Source: Nemertoderma westbladi (Eukaryota > Animalia > Xenacoelomorpha). Taken from it: a stretch of DNA of 64,000 nt. The DNA is taken from positions 62,001-126,000 of the forward strand of contig JAUCBJ010009116.1 of the NCBI GenBank assembly GCA_032718475.1. The letters are read 5' to 3'. The notes under the pieces were generated by a model, which saw only the letters and a list, made by a program, of their open reading frames with translations, made no database searches and was not told the DNA's origin. This document shows, in pieces, positions 13,001-26,700 of the stretch; position 1 is the first letter of the stretch; each line of letters opens with the position of its first letter. The translations under genes and the position numbers were made by a program.

Positions 13001-14997
13001 ACACCAGGAGGATACATTGAGTGAAGAAAGTCCAGAACATAATAATATATTGAGCAGGTGAGTGAACCGCTATGGAACACCAAATCCGAACAAATCAGTA
13101 TTGATTATTATTGTAGAATAATATTTTCAAATTAGCTTAAATTCACGCTACTTATGCATGGTTTATAAAGTTATCTTGTAGCAATAAATTATTATAGGTG
13201 ATCATTACATTGGTTGTGTATCCATATCACCATTGGCCTCTACGATGGTGTTTATTGAACGTTCCATATATTCAGCATTGTGGCTCGCCCCATAGTAAGC
13301 GCGGAACAGTTGTGTGGGTGATTGGTACGGATGGAGGGTAGATAGATTGGGTATCAGTTGGTGCCGACCTGGGTGGTCTAGGAAGTACGACTCAGCCGTG
13401 TCAATAATAGCTCTTCTGGTTATTGTTCTGCAGAAAATATTACATAATTTATATAATGCAGGTGGCTGCTGTACCTACAGTATAGCACATAAAGAAAATT
13501 GTACCAGTACATACTGATTCTGTTTGTAGACTAACTAAGCGAAAACAATAGAGGGAACACCTCCTAAATACCAGTTCATTCCTATTCGCAAGTCCTGTGT
13601 CCTTCAGCAGGCCTTCGAAGAAAGACATGGGTTCGATCCTCACATGGGCCAGGGCAGTTTCGGCACGAATGCTTTAAAGGGACCAGCCAGGGTGCATCTC
13701 TGCCTTGCATCCTTAAGTGCTAGCTAAATGAGTACTGGAGTTTCCTCTGGGGAGTAAAGTTCTGGGGGGACCGCACTGGAAATAAGTCGTCAGATGCGTA
13801 ATCTCATTAGCAGTCAGCTCTACCACGGAGAGGGTTGTTTACAGATTTGTGTGTGTGCATCGGCTACGATACTCTCTCGCCTCTCGCTGGTCTAGAATGC
13901 TTCGGTCTACCAAGAGGATCTACCTCAGATTCCGTTGTTTCATATAAACAGCTCTATTTGCAGCTGACTTTATATATTTCTCAAAGTCGTTAATTTCATC
14001 ATTTATTTAGGCTGGAGTATCTATTTGAAACCTCCAACGTAAATTTCTTCTTTTTAATTGGGTTTTTCAAGTAGACCTCTCATTACGTGGGGTGGATTTT
14101 TTTAAGGAGACCATTGTTGGCATCAAGTCTTAATTTGTTCCGTCCCAAAACCTGACTATGATCAGTCTGAAATTTGGGGCGAGCCACGAAAGTAAGCGAG
14201 CTTAGCGTACGGGTACCACTATCTCAATCGGTATGTCTGTCGTTCCGTTGTTCTGTCGTTCTGTTGTGTTTAATTTTAAGCGTTAATAACTCAGCCAAAT
14301 GTTAAAGAAATCTATCCAAACTTGGTACACATGTAGTCTGGCAAAAGTTTATAAATTTTCTAATTTGAATTTCCGTGTGGCCTTCGAGAAGCTAAGATAA
14401 TAGAAGTTAATTATTTAATTAAGTTGATTACGGTAAAAACAGCATTTTCAACCTGCTTCTTAAATGATATTAATTATTTTCTAGTATAAGATTTAAATAA
14501 TTATACTTAAAAATTATACAACTGTATTCCCCATACCCCATTCCATCACAGTTTTTAATTGCTTTAAGAAATGTGTTTTTAATTGATCTAAACGTAATTA
14601 ACTTATTAAAATACCCCGTCTCCAGCTGTAGCTACTATTGTACTACACTAAGTATAGTTCGCCTTGTTTCGTACAGTTTAACAAATAGAGTTTCTGGTTA
14701 ATTAATAATAATTTATTCTGGTGAAATCGTTTCACAATATTTATCACAACATTGAGGGACCTATAACATTTAGCAGCAGTGTACCGTATTATTTTGTAAC
14801 TAAAATATAATATTGATTCCTAATTAAATAAATAACATCTAACGTTGATAAATAACTTCCAATTTGTGGTTTACGTACTTGTGGCTGTAACTCATCTCTG
14901 TTGATGAATCACCCAAAATTGTATTGGGCATAAAACCGGAAGTTCTAGAACAATAAAAACTCATAATGGTAGCCAAAATTAACACAAAATTGCACAT
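6845..14997 (-). CDS. VWA7: von Willebrand factor A domain-containing protein 7-like, 5' part. Exons: 14879-14997, 13209-13427, 12346-12463, 8512-8679, 8221-8356, 7774-7932, 6845-7054; continues beyond the left edge
   Basis: Signal peptide MCNFVLILATIMSF, then motifs SHKTIT, LFRAYYG, HFDSE, LHTAQDFYAHTNWVEL, LTSGY, GKCSHGG, GGINK, the MIDAS-like DTTGSM and VPFGDP. All introns are GT-AG and phases are consistent (2,2,0,0,1,1,1). Confidence 0.9.
7774..7932 (-). CDS. VWA7: VWA7-like coding exon 6
   Basis: Encodes KCSHGGIRD...GGINK...SPRFDLHVLAAELA; 159 nt, phase 1-1. Confidence 0.9.
8221..8356 (-). CDS. VWA7: VWA7-like coding exon 5
   Basis: Encodes CSDNVIGHKLTSGY...KKP; 136 nt, phase 0-1. Confidence 0.88.
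8512..8679 (-). CDS. VWA7: VWA7-like coding exon 4
   Basis: Encodes ARVLLGYMLHTAQDFYAHTNWVEL...TCSNCQ; 168 nt, phase 0-0. Confidence 0.92.
9330..12374. repeat. 46-bp tandem array (~66 units) made from the VWA7-like exon 3 splice-donor junction
   Basis: The minus-strand unit is CCTAACAGATAGTAATCTCTACCACGAG|gttagtttcagtttcata. The terminal unit is the end of exon 12346-12463. Confidence 0.97.
12346..12463 (-). CDS. VWA7: VWA7-like coding exon 3
   Basis: ttacag|G TTT GCA...; encodes DLHFDSERI...LDLTDSNLYHE|gttagt; 118 nt, phase 2-0. Confidence 0.9.
13209..13427 (-). CDS. VWA7: VWA7-like coding exon 2
   Basis: ctgcag|A ACA ATA ACC...; encodes TITRRAI...LFRAYYG...EANGDMD; 219 nt, phase 2-2. Confidence 0.88.
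13585..13950 (+). mobile_element. tRNA-derived SINE-like element (degenerate)
   Basis: Pol III B-box GGTTCGATCC at ~13630, followed by a core (gctttaaa...taaatgagtac...ggggagtaaag) that resembles the SINE at 32430-32790. The ends are approximate. Confidence 0.55.
14170..14400 (+). mobile_element. Putative Helentron-associated (DINE-1/HINE-like) fragment
   Basis: gcgagc...gcgagc start, a (gtctgtc/gttctgt)-type microsatellite, and aataactc...aaacttggtacacatg motifs typical of such elements. Recognised by motif only. Confidence 0.4.
14879..14997 (-). CDS. VWA7: VWA7-like first coding exon (signal peptide)
   Basis: Acceptor ttttattttgaag at 15012, ATG at 14997, donor gtacgt at 14878; encodes MCNFVLILATIMSFYCSRTSGFMPN. 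Confidence 0.82.
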
Positions 14998-17015
14998 GAC
15001 TCCAGACAGACCTTCAAAATAAAACAAATAGTACAGTAAACTTCTCTAAGTTTCTGTGTAGCGAATTAATATGATATTGACTGAACAATTTATAATCGTG
15101 AATAATTTGAATAAAAAATATACGTAAGAAATTGGTTGGTATTATAGTGGTTTAAGTTGCGGACAATAATATGAATTCGGTCTTTACAAACTTGTCCTAG
15201 TTACAACAGAGTCGTTGTAAATACTTGAAAGACCCCCAGTAGAGTTATAAGTGTAACATCCATTGAAGTTAATTCCAATACCCTCTTTCTATTGAGTGAG
15301 ATTGTATTGGCAGTAAGGAGAGCAACCGGCCCAGACACCAACTAGAAACATTAAACAACATCTGATACCGGAAGTGACAGAATAAAAAAAAATACATTGG
15401 CCTACTGTTTGTTCCAGCCCATCACAGACTCTATGTATACAGTTACTATGCAAGTTGATACCATCTGAAGTCGTAGTGGTTAAAATTTTTGTGTTTTTTC
15501 TCTGTGACCTAAAGATGTAGCAATAAATGTAAGCCATTCGTTATTGAAAATCGTGCGCTTAAATAAAATGCAACTTACGACACAATGTGCTAATGTGCAC
15601 AATTATTGTTGCTACAGGTGAATGAACTCGCTTACGAGTCATTCAGTAGAGGAATGTCATTGTCTCTTATGATAGCATGTATGTAAGAGCGAGAATTTTA
15701 GTTAAAGTTAAGATCAATTGAGGCAAAACCATAACATCCAATCCATTGTCAATTAAACCTAAAATAAATTAAATTAACATGACAACAATAGTTACCATGA
15801 CAACAACAGAATACATTTAATTGAACATTTGGTCATCGATTAAACAGAGATGAACTCCGTAAGAATGAGAATAACGCAACAATATGGTAGGGAAAGTGAG
15901 ATACAGTTGTTACAACCCTTAATGTAGTCGGTAATACCAGTAAATAAATTCAGTTTAATGTTAACAAGTTGAAACATTTTACTTGCGTAGAAATTTAGTA
16001 GAATTGATTATTACGAAGGTTAATTAATTAAGCATAGTAGACGGGTTATTGTATTTTTATTGGATACCCTTGACCCAGCTGTGGGTGTATGTAAAGCTGC
16101 TATTTCCTTATCCACCGTAGCCAAAATATCTGCGGGAAGTCCATTTTGATATCAAAACAATAAAGTTTGAACAATAATTTGTTTTATTAATATTAGATAT
16201 CGATTGGGCCGGTGTGATCCGTAAATTCCGACGCGTTTGTGTTTGCGTAGGTTATCCGTAACTGACGGGTGATGGATTGTAATGTCATCGAAACAGGTGA
16301 AATTTAAGCAATAAGTCGCATAGCTTATTGCTTAAGCTTTTCAACTTTCGACTTGTGTCGCATTGCCTCCTACCGCTCAGAACAAGTAAACTGATACAAA
16401 TAAACTCGCATTCAATCCTATTTAATTCAGTTAGGTTGGGATGGACATTCACAGGAAAATAATGTTTATCTGGGAAGTTATTATAGACAAACATTATTAT
16501 AGACAAACATTTTTTGAATTTCTTATTATTGTAAAACTCGATAATAATACTGTATTGTAATTATTATAAACATTTACTTATATTCTATTTGTCAAATTCT
16601 TACGATATTGTGATTTATTAACGAACTATTTTGTTTCCAATTTTATAAATTAGTTGAATGTAGGAAGCTTGTAATACATAGAACACATGAGATTAGCTGG
16701 ACTCCACCATGCGTATCAATGGGCGTGTAATCACAATTCATTAAATTTACATAGCAACAATAAACCATTGATTTAGGAAATTATTTTCCTTGGGTGAGAG
16801 CAATTTAATGCTGGTTACATGGCATTGACGGCACTTCGGATTGACATGTTATTATTACCTGGTTATTTTTTATTAGAAAGTCGAATTCTGTTTAAATAAG
16901 TTAGACATGGTTCTGAAATAACTCATTTAATATTTGTTTACCAAATTCTTTTGTCAGTATATTTATATATATACAGTATATATATCTATAATGTGGTTGG
17001 AGGTTAACAGTTATG

Positions 17016-17320
17016 TAGGACAATTTGCCCCCTGAGGACAACCGCCACCGGACAATTGCCTTCTGATATCTTTTTTTTAACCTTTAATATGTATATATAT
17101 CAGCATAAATATAGACTATACAGCTTATACACCTCCACCGCGTCCTACCTACACCAATATCGTTGCCAGGCAATACATTAGGTTAATAATTAGATTAACA
17201 GTTAGGTTAGTAGTTAGGTTAATAATTAGGTTAATAGTTTGGTTGACAGTTAGGTTAACGGTTAGGTTAACAGCTATGTTAACAGTTAGGTTAACGGTTA
17301 AGTTAACAGTTAAGTTATTG
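17016..17320. repeat. Degenerate transposon-end remnant plus a 12-bp (ggttaacagtta)n repeat
   Basis: ggacaattgcc-like triplet at 17018-17060 (similar in style to the ggacacttcccc arms). ttaggttaacag repeats at 17178-17318. Confidence 0.4.
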
Positions 17321-17603
17321 TCAGTTTATATTTATAATATACGGTCAATTATTTATATTATATTATATTATATTATATTTAGTTTAAATATTGTTATTTT
17401 ATATATTAAATAAGTATATTTATATTTACTAAATAATAATTATGTATTAATAATATTATTTGATAAATAATTGACCTGGGATAATTAATTTTATTTAATG
17501 TGCGACATTTTTACTGTATCATGATTTGAGTAAACCAACGCCCCCATGTGGCCGATAGCGGGACTGTGATTTATAACTTCCGAGACTGAATCTATAAGAC
17601 ACA

Positions 17604-17761
17604 ATGTCTATCACAGCTGTAGCAATCTCTGCAATGAGACAGAAGCAGAACGAACTGGACGGTGGTAAAGATTATAGACGCGCCAGTCGGTTGAGTAGGG
17701 CGGGTGCTACTACAGGGGGATCCTTACAGGCCAATGGGATGGGTGTAACTAGTGATAGAAA
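17604..17761 (+). CDS. stum: stum-like exon 1
   Basis: ATG at 17604 with TATA-like ttataa at ~17571; encodes MSITAVAISAMRQKQ...GMGVTSDR, then aa|gtaagt. Confidence 0.7.
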
Positions 17762-20700
17762 GTAAGTGTTACAGTGGGAACCTTACAGGCCTATGGGATG
17801 AGTGTAACTGGTGATAGAAAGTAAGTGTTACAGGGGGAACCTTACAGGCCAATGGGATGAGTGTAACTGGTGATAGAAAGTAAGTGTTACAGGGGGGAAC
17901 CTTACAGGCCAATGGATGAGTGTAACTGGTGATAGAAAGTAAGTGTTACAGGGGGAACCTTACAGTGGGAACCTTACAGGCCAATGGGATGGGTGTAACT
18001 AGTGATAGAAAGTAAGTGTTACAGGGGGAACCTTACAGGCCAATGGGATGAGTCCTACTGGTGATAGAAAGTAAGTGTTACAGGGGGAACCTTACAGTGG
18101 GAACCTTACAGGCCAATGGGATGGGTGTAACGGGTGAAAGAAAGTAAGTGTTACAGGGGGAACCTTACAGGCCAATGGGATGAGTGTAACTGGTGATAGA
18201 AAGTAAGTGTTACATGGGGAACCTTACAGGCCAATGGGATGAGTTCAACTGGTGATAGAAAGTAAGTGTTACAGGGGGAACCTTACAGTGGGAACCTTAC
18301 AGGCCAATGGGATGGTTGTAACGGGTGAAAGAAAGTAAGTGTTACAGGGGGAACCTTACAGGCCAATGGGATGAGTGTAACTGGTGATAGAAAGTAAGTG
18401 TTACAGGGGGAACCTTACAGGCCAATGGGATGAGTCCAACTGGTGATAGAAAGTAAGTGTTACAGGGGGGAACCTTACAGGCCAATGGGATGAGTGTAAC
18501 TGGTGATAGAAAGTAAGTGTTACAGGGGGAACCTTACAGGCCAATGGGATGAGTGTAACTGGTGATAGAAAGTAAGTGTTACAGGGGGGAACCTTACAGG
18601 CCTATGGGATGAGTGTAACGGGTGATAGAAAGTAAGTGTTACAGGGGAACCTTACAGGCCAATGGGATGAGTGTAACGGGTGATAGAAAGTAAGTGTTAC
18701 AGGGGGAACCTTACAGGCCAATGGGATGAGTGTAACTGGTGATAGAAAGTAAGTGTTACAGGGGGAACCTTACAGTGGGAACCTTACAGGCCAATGGGAT
18801 GGGTGTAACTAGTGATAGAAAGTAAGTGTTACAGGGGGAACCTTACAGGCCAATGGGAGGAGTGTAACTGGTGATAGAAAGTAAGTGTTACAGGGGAACC
18901 TTACAGGCCAATGGGATGAGTGTAACGGGTGATAGAAAGTAAGTGTTACAGGGGGACCTTACAGGCCAATGGGATGAGTGTAACGGGTGATAGAAAGTAA
19001 GTGTTACAGGGGGAACCTTACAGGCCAATGGGATGAGTGTAACTAGTGATAGAAAGTAAGTGTTACAGGGGGAACCTTACAGGCCAATGGGATGACTGTA
19101 ACTGGTGATAGAAAGTAAGTGTTACAGGGGGAACCTTACAGTGGGAACCTTACAGGCCAATGGGATGGGTGTAACTAGTGATAGAAAGTAAGTGTTACAG
19201 GGGGAACCTTACAGGCCAATGGGAGGAGTGTAACTGGTGATAGAAAGTAAGTGTTACAGGGGAACCTTACAGGCCAATGGGATGAGTGTAACGGGTGATA
19301 GAAAGTAAGTGTTACAGGGGGAACCTTACAGTGGGAACCTTACAGGCCAATGGGATGGGTGTAACTAGTGATAGAAAGTAAGTGTTACAGGGGGATCCTT
19401 ACAGGCCAATGGGATGAGTGTAACTGGTGATAGAAAGTAAGTGTTACAGGGGGAACCTTACAGTGGGAACCTTACAGGCCAATGGGATGAGTGTAACTGG
19501 TGATAGAAAGTAAGTGTTACAGGGGGAACCTTACAGGCCAATGGGATGAGTGTAACTGGTGATAGAAAGTAAGTGTTACAGGGGGAACCTTACAGTGGGA
19601 ACCTTACAGGCCAATGGGATGGGTGTAACTAGTGATAGAAAGTAAGTGTTACAGGGGGAACCTTACAGGCCAATGGGATGAGTCCAACTGGTGATAGAAA
19701 GTAAGTGTTACAGGGGGAACCTTACAGGCCAATGGGATGAGTGTAACTGGTGATAGAAAGTAAGTGTTACAGGGGGAACCTTACAGTGGGAACCTTACAG
19801 GCCAATGGGATGGGTGTAACTAGTGATAGAAAGTAAGTGTTACAGGGGGGAACCTTACAGGCCAATGGGATGAGTGTAACTGGTGATAGAAAGTAAGTGT
19901 TACAGGGGAAACCTTACAGGCCTATGGGATGAGTGTAACTGGTGATAGAAAGTAAGTGTTACAGGGGGGAACCTTACAGGCCTATGGGATGAGTCCCATT
20001 GTAGACGCTGTAGTGTGGGACCTTTACAATATATATTTATTTCCATACAGACGCAACAGTGTGGGACCTTTACCATATATATTTATTTCCCTACAGACCC
20101 AGCAGTGTGGGACCTTTACCAGATATATTTATTTCCATACAGACCCAGTAGTGTGGGACCTTTACCATATATATTTATTTCCCTACAGACGCAGCAGTGT
20201 GGGACCTTTACCAGATATATTTATTTCCCTACAGACCCAGTAGTGTGGGACCTTTACCATATATATTTATTTCCCTACAGACGCAGCAGTGTGGGACGAC
20301 CTTTACCATATATATTTAATTCCCTACAGACGCAGCAGTGTGGGACCCAATGTAGTTATATCTGAAGCAAACGATATTGATGGACGCAAAGCATCCACAT
20401 ACTCATCAGGTATTAAAGATATTACATAATTTTATTATTATATTATATTATATTACATTATTTTACATAATTTTACATAATTTTATTATTATATTACATT
20501 ATTTTATTTTATTATTATATTATATGACATTATTTTATTATTATATTATATGACATTATGTTATTATTATATTATATTACATTATTTTATTTTATTATTA
20601 TATTATATGACATTATTTTATTATTATATTATATGACATTATTTTATTATTATATTATATGACATTATTTTATTATTATATTATATTACATTATTTTATT

Positions 20701-23700
20701 TTATTATTATATTATATTACATTATTTTATTATTATATTTATTATATTACATTATTTTATTTTATTATTATATTATATTACATAATTTTATTATTATATT
20801 ATATTACATTATTTTATTTTATTATTATATTATATTATATGACATTATGTTATTATTATATTATATTACATTATTTTATTTTATTATTATATTATATTAC
20901 ATTATTTTATTTTATTATTATATTATATGACATTATTTTATTATTATATTATATGACATTATTTTATTATTATATTATATGACATTATTTTATTATTATA
21001 TTATATTACATAATTTTATTATTATATTATATTACATTATTTTATTTTATTATTATATTATATTATATGACATTATGTTATTATTATATTATATTACATT
21101 ATTTTATTTTATTATTATATTATATGACATTATTTTATTATTATATTATATGACATTATTTTATTATTATATTATATTACATTATTTTATTATTATATTT
21201 ATTATATTACATTATTTTATTTTATTATTATATTATATTACATAATTTTATTATTATATTATATTACATTATTTTATTTTATTATTATATTATATTATAT
21301 GACATTATGTTATTATTATATTATATTACATTATTTTATTTTATTATTATATTATATTACATTATTTTATTTTATTATTATATTATATTACATTATTTTA
21401 TTTTATTATTATATTATATGACATTATTTTATTATTATATTACATTACATTATTTTATTTTATTTTATTATTATATTATATGACATTATTTTATTATTAT
21501 ATTATATTACATTATTTTATTTTATTATTATATTATATGACATTATTTTATTATTATATTACATTACATTATTTTATTTTATTATTATATTATATGACAT
21601 TATTTTATTATTATATTATATTACATTATTTTATTTTATTATTATATTATATGACATTATTTTATTATTATATTACATTACATTATTTTATTTTATTTTA
21701 TTATTATATTATATGACATTATTTTATTATTATATTATATTACATTATTTTATTTTATTATTATATTATATGACATTATTTTATTATTATATTACATTAC
21801 ATTATTTTATTTTATTTTATTGTTATATTATATTACATTATTTTATTTTATTATTATATTATATTACATTATTTTATTTTATTATTATATTATATGACAT
21901 TATTTTATTATTATATTATATGACATTATTTTATTATTATATTACATTACATTATTTTATTTTATTTTATTGTTATATTATATGACATTATTTTATTATT
22001 ATATTATATGACATTATTTTATTATTATATTATATTACATTATTTTCTCTATCACTATGTCTACATTATTTTATTTTATTATTATATTATATGACATTAT
22101 TTTATTATTATATTACATTACATTATTTTATTTTATTTTATTGTTATATTATATTACATTATTTTATTATTATATAATAATAATCGTCAAGGTACGTAGA
22201 CTCAGGTCGGTACTCAGATGGGCTATAATCCTGAACCGGCCAAGTCTATCCTCATTGTTAAGTCTGGATATGAAGAGGAAGCTGCGGAACTGTTTGGTGA
22301 CACAGGAGTCCAAATCGTCAGTGGGCCTCGTTTCCGTGGAGGATTTATCGGCGAAACAGGAGACAGAAAGGCCTTCGTTATGGAGAAGGTTACCGGGTGG
22401 ATCAACAGCTTAGTTAAGCTCTCGGAGGTAGCTAAGGAGTATCCACAATCTGCACACACGGGGATCACCCTCTGTCTCCAAGTAGAGTGGGACTATTTAT
22501 TGCGTGTTATTCCAATTGCTGACGAAGAAATCGCGCCAATCCGCTCCGCTATCCTCCGCGATTACGCCTGGCAAGGATATTGAGAATCTCCTCTTACTCC
22601 CTGCTCGTGGTATTGGTATACGCGACCCCCTGCTCTTACTCCCTGCTCGGCATGGTGGTATTGGTATACGCGACCTCCTGTTACGACGTGGGCCAGCCAG
22701 GACTGCCTCAACCGATGGTACATCGATGGTTTCTGGTATACGCGACCTCCTGTTACGACGTGGGCCAGCCAGGACTGCCTCAACCGATGGTACATCGATG
22801 GTTTCCGAAGCAATACGCAGTGGCACACCTCTACAAGTGCCAGAACACATACTTACTCTGAACCAGGCCCTCAAGCACTTGAAGAACTTGAGACTACATT
22901 CCTGGAGAAGCGGGACTCGGCACTAGAGAACCTCCCAGCCATTCGACGCAGAACAGTGGAAAGGGCTGTGAACAACAAGACGGGGGGTTGGCTAACAACT
23001 CAACCTTCAATCTTAGATTGCACGGACCTCAGTGCGGAAGAGTTTAAGGACAACCTTGCTCTTCGTTACGGCATGGTCCCTCCGGGATTACCAGCGAGGG
23101 CTGTGGGGGTAATTTCACGACTTCACATGCGTTGAGTTGCAATTCTGGGGGGCTGGTTGTAAAACGCCACGACGAGGTATGTGAGGTCTTCGGTGACCTT
23201 ATCTTCTCTGTTGTTGGGCCCAGCTGTGTTGAGCGGGAGGTGACTCTGTCGCGTGGTAGTCTAGATACCGCCGGTCTCGAGGTCGGTGGCGTTCGAGCCG
23301 ATTTGGTTGCACGTGGGTTCTGGGTGAACCAGAGGGTGGCGTCGTTCGACGTCGCAGTTATAAATGCTGACGCCACCTCCTATGCCCATTCTAATCGCTA
23401 GACCGAGTCTCTGCTAGAAGAGCGCTGCCGCTACAAAAAGCGTCATTACCACGCTGTCTGCGAGGACCGGAGGATGTCCTTCACTCCTGTGGTCAGCACT
23501 ACCGATGGTGTCTGGTGCCGTGAGGCCCAGATCCTTACGCCACATAGCCGAAGCCCTTGTGGAAAAGCGTGACGGTATGCGAGAAAGGGGCCTCGTGTGT
23601 GTTTTAGGGGGTTTGGCGTCGCTTACAATTCGCGCTCCTCATTATATGACATTATTTTATTATTATATTATATTATATTACATTATGTTATTATTATATT

Positions 23701-26700
23701 ATATTACATTATTTTATTTTATTATTATATTATATGACATTATTTTTTCATTATATTATATTACATTATGTTATTATTATATTATATGACATTATTTTAT
23801 TATTATATTATATTACATTATTTTATTATTATATTATATGACATTATTTTATTATTATATTATATGACATTATTTTATTATTATTATAAGGTTAAACAGA
23901 GTGTCTATTTTACCAGTATTATTCTTAGTTTCACTTTCAATTCCACAAAATTGCCTTTCTTCTCTTCCCCGCGCCATATAAACTTCGATTCCAGGTAGTA
24001 GCGGTAGAGTCAGCGTGTCTGATAGTGCCAGTATGACTAAACACCATAAATTCAATGAATTACTGTATACTTATGTAATGCGGAGAGCTGTTATACAGCA
24101 GTATTAGCACACGGTACATGAATGTCAACCATTTTTAGTAATATAATTTAACTGATTATTATCCATCAAATGTATTTAATAGTAATAAATTGGTTAAAAA
24201 GTTGACTTTGAATATAAAATATATTTTTTAAATACATTATAGGCTGTATTTCTCTTCTGTTTAGAGATTTATTAGCAAGTCGTTAGACTTGATTACTGTA
24301 AGAAAAAAAAGCTACTGACTACTGGCTACTGACTACTGGCTACTGACTACTGGCTACTGACTACTGGCTACTGACTACTGGCTACTGGCTACTGACTACT
24401 GGCTACTGACTACTGGCTACTGACTACTGGCTACTGGCTACTGGCTACTGGCTACTGGCTACTGGCTACTGACTACTGGCTACTGGCTACTGACTACTAG
24501 CTACTGACTACTGACTACTACCTACCAAACTGACCTAGAGCATAAACGGCGCTTACGATTATGATGAAATTTTGCATGAAACATGAAAATAGATTTCTAT
24601 GGGTTCTTGTGAAATCGCAGATTCGCAAATTTAAATTTAAACATCTCAACTTGTTTTATTTCGAAAAATAGCCCCAAAACACGAAAATTGAGATAGGAGC
24701 AATGATAAAAACACCAACTGGCACTCATGAAAAATGTATAGAGATGGCCTGGTAATGCATTCAATAGGGGCCAACTAACAAAAAAGTACTTTATGTGTCA
24801 AGTATTATCACTCTACTCTATAACCTAGACAGTAAGCAAACATTAACTGTCTCAGCTGAATAACTCTTCCCAATGCATCCTATGGGAAAATATACAATGT
24901 TACTCACTCTGCTATGTTAATTAATGGCAGTGATTTTTTATGTCAATTTATTTGACTTTTTTTGTCACTTTTTTTTTACGAATTATGCATAATGACTTTT
25001 GTTGTCCATTTAATGACTTTTATTGTCACTTTTTATGTATGTATTTCTTCAAACTGTCAGACTGCTGATTTCTGGACTGTCAGACAGTTGATTTCACTAT
25101 GCCTGTGCCAAAACATTCCATGATTCCATGATTTATAGACTATGAGATAGATTTCCATATGCGCCTGTGGTAAAAAGACTCTATATTTAATAGTTTGTGG
25201 TTGTTGTCGATAATCGATTACCACATGACGTAGCAAAACACTCATTTTATAGCCAAAAACAATTACCAATTGATGGAAAGGAGCTGGTTAAGGCCGAGTT
25301 TTCTAACCAAAACAATAAACAGTCACTTTACCAAATCAGGGAAAGGAGCAGGTTACAGAGACGGGATTTTCTAACCAAAACAATAAACGATCATTTAACT
25401 AATTGAGGGAAAGGAGCAGGTTACAGAGACGGGATTTTCTAACCAAAACAATAAACGATAACATTACCAATTGAGAGAAAGGAGCAGCTTACAGAGGCGG
25501 GATTTTCTAACCAAAACAATAAACGATAACATTACCAATTGAGGGAAAGGAGCAGGTTACAGAGGCGGGATTTCCTAACCAAAACAATAAACGATCACTT
25601 AAACTAATTGAGGGAAAGGAGCAGGTTACAGAGGCGGGATTTTCTAACAAAACAATAAACAGTCACTTTACCAAATCAGGGAAAGGAGCAGGTTACAGAG
25701 ACGGGATTTTCTAACCAAAACAATAAACGATCATTTAACTAATTGAGGGAAAGGAGCAGGTTACAGAGACGGGATTTTCTAACCAAAACAATAAACGATC
25801 ATTTAACTAATTGAGGGAAAGGGGCAGGTTACAGAGGCGGGCCTTCTGTGCTGTTGGAAGTAGTGGAGCCGCTATCCGTAACACTACTCAGACAGTAGTC
25901 ATGATCCATTATTGATTATAAAACTAATACAGTAAGGCCTAAATTATGTGAAAGGTATATCCACATTTTCCACAATCCTGCAATCCAGTTTCGCCTATCA
26001 ATTATTTAAAATTTATTAGCACAACCGGTAGGCCTACCATTACCGTATTTAAATGGTAGGCTACACAGTAGGCCTATAGCAGTACCAGTGCCGGTACCGG
26101 TACTAAAATACAGAAATACCTGCTTTATACCTACATCTGTACATACAATACAGCAAAATAGTGCTATATATACTGTATACTAACCGGTACTGATAGCCTG
26201 AGAGAACAGCAGTAGAGAAACCGGTAGCATGGAACCTAACATTAGACTTTTGGATGACATAAAAAATCAAAAAAAATTGACAAAAAAAGGATAAAAATGG
26301 ACAATAAAAATTATTGCGTTAATTAATTGGCGTGCAAGCTAAATGACTGTTAGTTACACAGTGTGTTGGCTACACAGTGTATTGTACTATGCTCTCATCG
26401 CATTATTGTTTTATTTTTAAATCTTTGTGCCAACATTAATACCGTGGAGGCTGTATGCCCATAAAGCTGAATGTTTACTCAGCCTCATGATTCTCCATAA
26501 GGCTAACATTATGAAATATGTTTGAAATATAAAAATCTGTTATAATAATAATATAATTGTTGTATTTAATTAATATCGTGGTTTACATTGAACAGTGTAA
26601 ATTGTTATTCGTGGTTTACATCTCAACTAACTTGTTTTATTTATTGCAAGCCGGCACAGCATTCTTAAAAATGCAGCTGCAATGCAGCATGCCGATCCTA

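Noticed and set aside
17178-17318. TTAGG telomere-like repeats
   Set aside because: The period is 12 bp (ggttaacagtta), not tandem TTAGG or TTAGGG; it is more likely a transposon-internal repeat.
9330-19995. Arrays as cassettes of micro-introns and micro-exons (26-nt GT..AG + 20-nt exon; 27-nt GT..AG + 32-nt exon)
   Set aside because: The putative introns are below the usual metazoan minimum size, the exons are not multiples of three, and the VWA7 protein aligns continuously without them.
20659-22413. Tyr/Ile/Leu-rich ORFs
   Set aside because: These are translations of the AT-rich minisatellite.
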